DNA of 64,000 nucleotides from Escherichia coli (GTDB lineage Bacteria; Pseudomonadota; Gammaproteobacteria; Enterobacterales; Enterobacteriaceae): NCBI RefSeq assembly GCF_041248615.1, contig NZ_CP158426.1; one strand, 5' to 3'. Shown piece by piece: positions 57,578 to 64,000 of this stretch (position 1 is its first letter; each line of letters starts with the position of its first letter). The notes under the pieces were generated by a model. It saw only the letters and a program-made list of their open reading frames with translations, ran no database searches and was not told where the DNA came from. The position numbers and the translations under genes were made by a program.

Positions 57578-58225
57578 ATGGAACGAAATAAACTTGCTCG
57601 TCAGATTATTGACACTTGCCTGGAAATGACCCGCCTGGGACTGAACCAGGGGACAGCGGGTAACGTCAGTGTACGTTATCAGGATGGGATGCTGATTACG
57701 CCTACAGGTATTCCATATGAAAAACTGACGGAGTCGCATATTGTCTTTATTGATGGCAACGGTAAACATGAGGAAGGAAAGCTCCCCTCAAGCGAATGGC
57801 GTTTCCATATGGCGGCCTATCAAAGCAGACCGGATGCCAACGCGGTTGTTCACAATCATGCCGTTCATTGCACAGCAGTTTCCATTCTTAACCGACCGAT
57901 CCCCGCTATTCACTACATGATTGCGGCGGCTGGCGGTAATTCTATTCCTTGCGCGCCTTATGCGACCTTTGGAACACGCGAACTTTCTGAACATGTTGCG
58001 CTGGCTCTCAAAAATCGTAAGGCAACTTTGTTACAACATCATGGGCTTATCGCTTGTGAGGTGAATCTGGAAAAAGCGTTATGGCTGGCGCATGAAGTTG
58101 AAGTGCTGGCGCAACTTTACCTGACGACCCTGGCGATTACGGACCCGGTGCCAGTGCTGAGCGATGAAGAGATTGCCGTAGTGCTGGAGAAATTCAAAAC
58201 CTATGGGTTACGGATTGAAGAGTAA
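57578..58225 (+). CDS. fucA: L-fuculose-phosphate aldolase FucA (class II aldolase)
   Basis: 215-aa product MERNKLARQIIDTCLEMTRLGLNQGTAGNVSVRYQDGMLITPTGIPYEKLTESHIVFIDG... Confidence 0.95.
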   Translation: MERNKLARQIIDTCLEMTRLGLNQGTAGNVSVRYQDGMLITPTGIPYEKLTESHIVFIDGNGKHEEGKLPSSEWRFHMAAYQSRPDANAVVHNHAVHCTAVSILNRPIPAIHYMIAAAGGNSIPCAPYATFGTRELSEHVALALKNRKATLLQHHGLIACEVNLEKALWLAHEVEVLAQLYLTTLAITDPVPVLSDEEIAVVLEKFKTYGLRIEE

Positions 58226-58252
58226 TTTCGTAAAGCAACAAGGAGAAGGATG

Positions 58253-59401
58253 ATGGCTAACAGAATGATTCTGAACGAAACGGCATGGTTTGGTCGGGGT
58301 GCTGTTGGGGCTTTAACCGATGAGGTGAAACGCCGTGGTTATCAGAAGGCGCTGATCGTCACCGATAAAACGCTGGTGCAATGCGGCGTGGTGGCGAAAG
58401 TGACCGATAAGATGGATGCTGCAGGGCTGGCATGGGCGATTTACGACGGCGTAGTGCCCAACCCAACAATTACTGTCGTCAAAGAAGGGCTCGGTGTATT
58501 CCAGAATAGCGGCGCGGATTACCTGATCGCTATTGGTGGTGGTTCTCCACAGGATACTTGTAAAGCGATTGGCATTATCAGCAACAACCCGGAGTTTGCC
58601 GATGTGCGTAGCCTGGAAGGGCTTTCCCCGACCAATAAACCCAGTGTACCGATTCTGGCAATCCCCACCACAGCAGGCACTGCGGCAGAAGTGACCATTA
58701 ACTACGTGATCACTGACGAAGAGAAACGGCGCAAGTTTGTTTGCGTTGATCCGCATGATATCCCGCAGGTGGCGTTTATTGACGCTGACATGATGGATGG
58801 TATGCCTCCAGCGCTGAAAGCTGCGACGGGTGTCGATGCGCTCACTCATGCTATTGAGGGGTATATTACCCGTGGCGCGTGGGCGCTAACCGATGCACTG
58901 CACATTAAAGCGATTGAAATCATTGCTGGGGCGCTGCGAGGATCGGTTGCTGGTGATAAGGATGCCGGAGAAGAAATGGCGCTCGGGCAGTATGTTGCGG
59001 GTATGGGCTTCTCGAATGTTGGGTTAGGGTTGGTGCATGGTATGGCGCATCCACTGGGCGCGTTTTATAACACTCCACACGGTGTTGCGAACGCCATCCT
59101 GTTACCGCATGTCATGCGCTATAACGCTGACTTTACCGGTGAGAAGTACCGCGATATCGCGCGCGTTATGGGCGTGAAAGTGGAAGGTATGAGCCTGGAA
59201 GAGGCGCGTAATGCCGCTGTTGAAGCGGTGTTTGCTCTCAACCGTGATGTCGGTATTCCGCCACATTTGCGTGATGTTGGGGTACGCAAGGAAGACATTC
59301 CGGCACTGGCGCAGGCGGCACTGGATGATGTTTGTACCGGTGGCAACCCGCGTGAAGCAACGCTTGAGGATATTGTAGAGCTTTACCATACCGCCTGGTA
59401 A
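58253..59401 (+). CDS. fucO: Lactaldehyde reductase (propanediol oxidoreductase) FucO, iron-containing ADH family
   Basis: 382-aa product MANRMILNETAWFGRGAVGALTDEVKRRGYQKALIVTDKTLVQCGVVAKV... with the GGGSPQDTCKA motif. Confidence 0.95.
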   Translation: MANRMILNETAWFGRGAVGALTDEVKRRGYQKALIVTDKTLVQCGVVAKVTDKMDAAGLAWAIYDGVVPNPTITVVKEGLGVFQNSGADYLIAIGGGSPQDTCKAIGIISNNPEFADVRSLEGLSPTNKPSVPILAIPTTAGTAAEVTINYVITDEEKRRKFVCVDPHDIPQVAFIDADMMDGMPPALKAATGVDALTHAIEGYITRGAWALTDALHIKAIEIIAGALRGSVAGDKDAGEEMALGQYVAGMGFSNVGLGLVHGMAHPLGAFYNTPHGVANAILLPHVMRYNADFTGEKYRDIARVMGVKVEGMSLEEARNAAVEAVFALNRDVGIPPHLRDVGVRKEDIPALAQAALDDVCTGGNPREATLEDIVELYHTAW

Positions 59402-59419
59402 ATGCGCTGATGTGATAAT

Positions 59420-59452
59420 GCCGGATGCGACGCTAGCCGCGTCTTATCCGGC
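59420..59452. repeat. REP element between fucO and xni
   Basis: GCCGGATGCGACGCTAGCCGCGTCTTATCCGGC palindromic unit. Confidence 0.7.
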
Positions 59453-59505
59453 ATATAAGTGCATTAAATTCAATGTGCTGATAATCGTTTGCATCCGGCA
59501 CGTCG

Positions 59506-61739
<2,234 letters not shown>

Positions 61740-61796
61740 AGGAAATACATCGCGTTAAAACGGAGGAAGCGCCGCCCGAAAGCGGCGCGAAAGGAC

Positions 61797-63086
61797 TTAG
61801 CTGAACAGAGAGTAGAAGATTGCGGAGATTGCAATCAGACCCATCACGACAACGAATACGTTGCTGATGTGACCGCTGTACTTACGCATTGCCGGTACTT
61901 TCTGAATTGCGTACATCGGCATCAGGAACAGGATCATCGCGATGATTGGGCCGCCCAGGGTTTCAATCATACCCAGGATGCTCGGGTTCAGGGTGGCAAC
62001 AATCCAGGTCGTTACCAGCATGAACAGCGCAGTGATACGGTTCAGCTTGTTGATTTCGATAGACTTACCTTTACCACGCAGAGATTTAATCACCATACCG
62101 TTGAAGCCTTCACGTGCGCCCAGGTAGTGGCCGAGGAAGGATTTGGTGATAGCGATAATCGCGATAATCGGTGCCATCCACGCGATAACCGGTGCGTTAA
62201 AGTGGTTAGCCAGGTAAGACAGAATCGAGATGTTCTGCTCTTTAGCCGCAGCCAGGTCTGCCGGAGTCAGGCTCAGTACGCAGCTGAAGACGAAGAACAT
62301 TACGGTCAGCACCATCATGATGTGTGCGAATGCAAGGATCTTCGAACATTTCTGTTCTGCCATATCGCCGTACTCTTCACGCTTCGCAACGGCGAAAGAA
62401 GAGATGATCGGAGAGTGGTTGAACGAGAACACCATTACCGGAATTGCCAGCCACAGGGTCATCCACAGACCGTTTCCGGTTGCAGATGCAGTGTCCAGAG
62501 ACAGCGTTTCCAGTGCTGCGCCGTTCCACTGCGGGATCAGGTACAGAGCCAGCAGCATCAGTACGCCAACAAACGGGAATACCAGAATACTCATCGCTTT
62601 AACGATCATCTGCTCACCGAAGCGAACGATGGTCATCATACCCACGATCAGGATCAGCGACAGAATCGCACGCGGCGGTGGCGTCATACCCAGCTGGTGA
62701 GACATGAAGCTTTCAACTGTATTGGTGATTGCCACGCTATAAACCAGCAGGATCGGGTAGATAGCGAAGAAGTAGAGCAGGGTAATCAGTTTACCTGCGC
62801 CAATACCAAAGTGTTCTTCTACAACCTCGGTGATGTCTTCGCCCGGGTTTTTACCAGACAGTACGAAGCGAGTCAGACCGCGGTGAGCAAAAAATGTCAT
62901 CGGGAACGCAAGGATAGCCATGATGATCAGCGGGATCATACCGCCAACACCGGCGTTGATTGGCAGGAACAGCACGCCCGCGCCGATTGCCGTGCCGTAA
63001 AGGCCCAGCATCCACATGGTGTCTGTCTTGCGCCAGGCACTACGAGAGTCTTTCGACGCAATCGTGCTGGTTTGAGTCGTTTCCAT
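61797..63086 (-). CDS. sdaC: Serine:H+ symporter SdaC (HAAAP family)
   Basis: 429-aa product [56 protein letters not shown]... Confidence 0.95.
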   Translation of the reverse strand: METTQTSTIASKDSRSAWRKTDTMWMLGLYGTAIGAGVLFLPINAGVGGMIPLIIMAILAFPMTFFAHRGLTRFVLSGKNPGEDITEVVEEHFGIGAGKLITLLYFFAIYPILLVYSVAITNTVESFMSHQLGMTPPPRAILSLILIVGMMTIVRFGEQMIVKAMSILVFPFVGVLMLLALYLIPQWNGAALETLSLDTASATGNGLWMTLWLAIPVMVFSFNHSPIISSFAVAKREEYGDMAEQKCSKILAFAHIMMVLTVMFFVFSCVLSLTPADLAAAKEQNISILSYLANHFNAPVIAWMAPIIAIIAITKSFLGHYLGAREGFNGMVIKSLRGKGKSIEINKLNRITALFMLVTTWIVATLNPSILGMIETLGGPIIAMILFLMPMYAIQKVPAMRKYSGHISNVFVVVMGLIAISAIFYSLFS

Positions 63087-63641
63087 CTATTTCTCCTGGA
63101 GGAATGCAAATAATTCAGCTTTTAGCCAGTTCAGCCCGGGAAGGTGCCTGACCGTAAAAATGAAATCTGTCTATCGGCGATGGCTTAATCATTTACCGCC
63201 GTAATAATTTGAGGGCGGAAAGATACACACAAGTTATGTATCTATCAGTGATCTTGATCCCAAATACAATAATCTACTTGGAAGATAGATTATCCCAACG
63301 CTTTACTCTGTAAATCAAAAGTAAAAGAGAATTTAAGGGCAATATTTGCCCATTAAACGACATCTGACTTCTTCCGGGGCGCGCAATATATGTAGGTTGA
63401 ACTGAAAAAATCAATACTTTTAGTTAATCATGGCGATAATTTCTTTTTCATAGCGATAAAATGTGGTTTATGAAAATAGGGAAACGTTTGCGTTACAACA
63501 TAAATTGTATGACATATTAACTGTAATGATATTTATCGCGTGAGGGTGGTAAGAAACATTCATATAACAAATGAAATAAATTGATGGGTATGTGACCAAA
63601 AACGAGAAAACCCGGCAACAAACGTCACCGGGGGAGGGAGA

Positions 63642-64000
63642 TTACGTGCAGATTTCGTAGCAAGGGATGTAGGCTGAGCCTGGCAACTTCATACGATGCT
63701 GGGCAACAAAACCCTGTAGCAGGTCATCCATACGACGCATAATCTCTTTATCGCCGTTGATTTTATAAGGACCAAACTCTTCAATGGCGCGAATACCGAC
63801 TTCTTTTACGTTACCCGCCACAATACCGGAGAACGCACGGCGCAGGTCGGCAGCCAGCACTTCAACGGGTTGATCCGGGTAAAGCTTCAGATTAGCCATA
63901 TTCTCGTGAGACGGCTCAAACGGCATTTGCAAATCTGGCGCAATGCGCATTGACCAGTTAAAGCTGTAGGCATCGCCTGTGTCGCGGCGATTTTCTTTCA
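63642..64000 (-). CDS. ppnN: 3' part of an upstream gene running off the window edge; by position probably ppnN (ygdH, LOG-family nucleotide nucleosidase)
   Basis: Minus-strand frame ending ...[17 protein letters not shown] is open to the window edge. Assignment is by synteny with sdaC (ygdH-sdaC adjacency in K-12) rather than by sequence recognition. Confidence 0.5.

Overview
This window is almost entirely well-characterised enterobacterial core chromosome, and I find no convincing undescribed multi-gene system in it. It reads as an Escherichia coli / Shigella-type segment syntenic with the K-12 region from yqeI to sdaC/ygdH, in inverted orientation relative to K-12 numbering. All identifications are from reading the translated ORFs and sequence against memory; no database search was run. 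Recognised gene order: yqeI'-yqeH-yqeG-yqeF-kduI-kduD-araE-ygeA-lysR-lysA-galR-OmrB-OmrA-aas-lplT-tas-ygdR-ygdQ-mutH-(DARS2)-rppH-ptsP-lgt-thyA-ppdA-ppdB-ygdB-ppdC-recC-ptrA-recB-recD-argA-amiC-metV-metW-metZ-mltA-tcdA-csdE-csdA-ygdI-GcvB-gcvA-ygdD-rlmM-fucRUKIP/fucAO-xni-sdaB-sdaC-ppnN'. Three things depart from the K-12-like expectation: (1) a complete 768-bp IS1 at 1506..2273 with no target-site duplication, truncating the ToxR-like regulator yqeI on one side and a promoter-driven 48-codon ORF on the other; (2) about 1.5 kb of AT-rich, repeat-containing DNA at 1..1505 that I cannot assign to any gene; (3) an in-frame TAA at codon 11 of the prepilin-like gene ppdA. Everything else (DARS2 DnaA boxes, tandem sRNAs, tandem initiator tRNAs, REP elements, operators, terminators) is established biology that the sequence supports.
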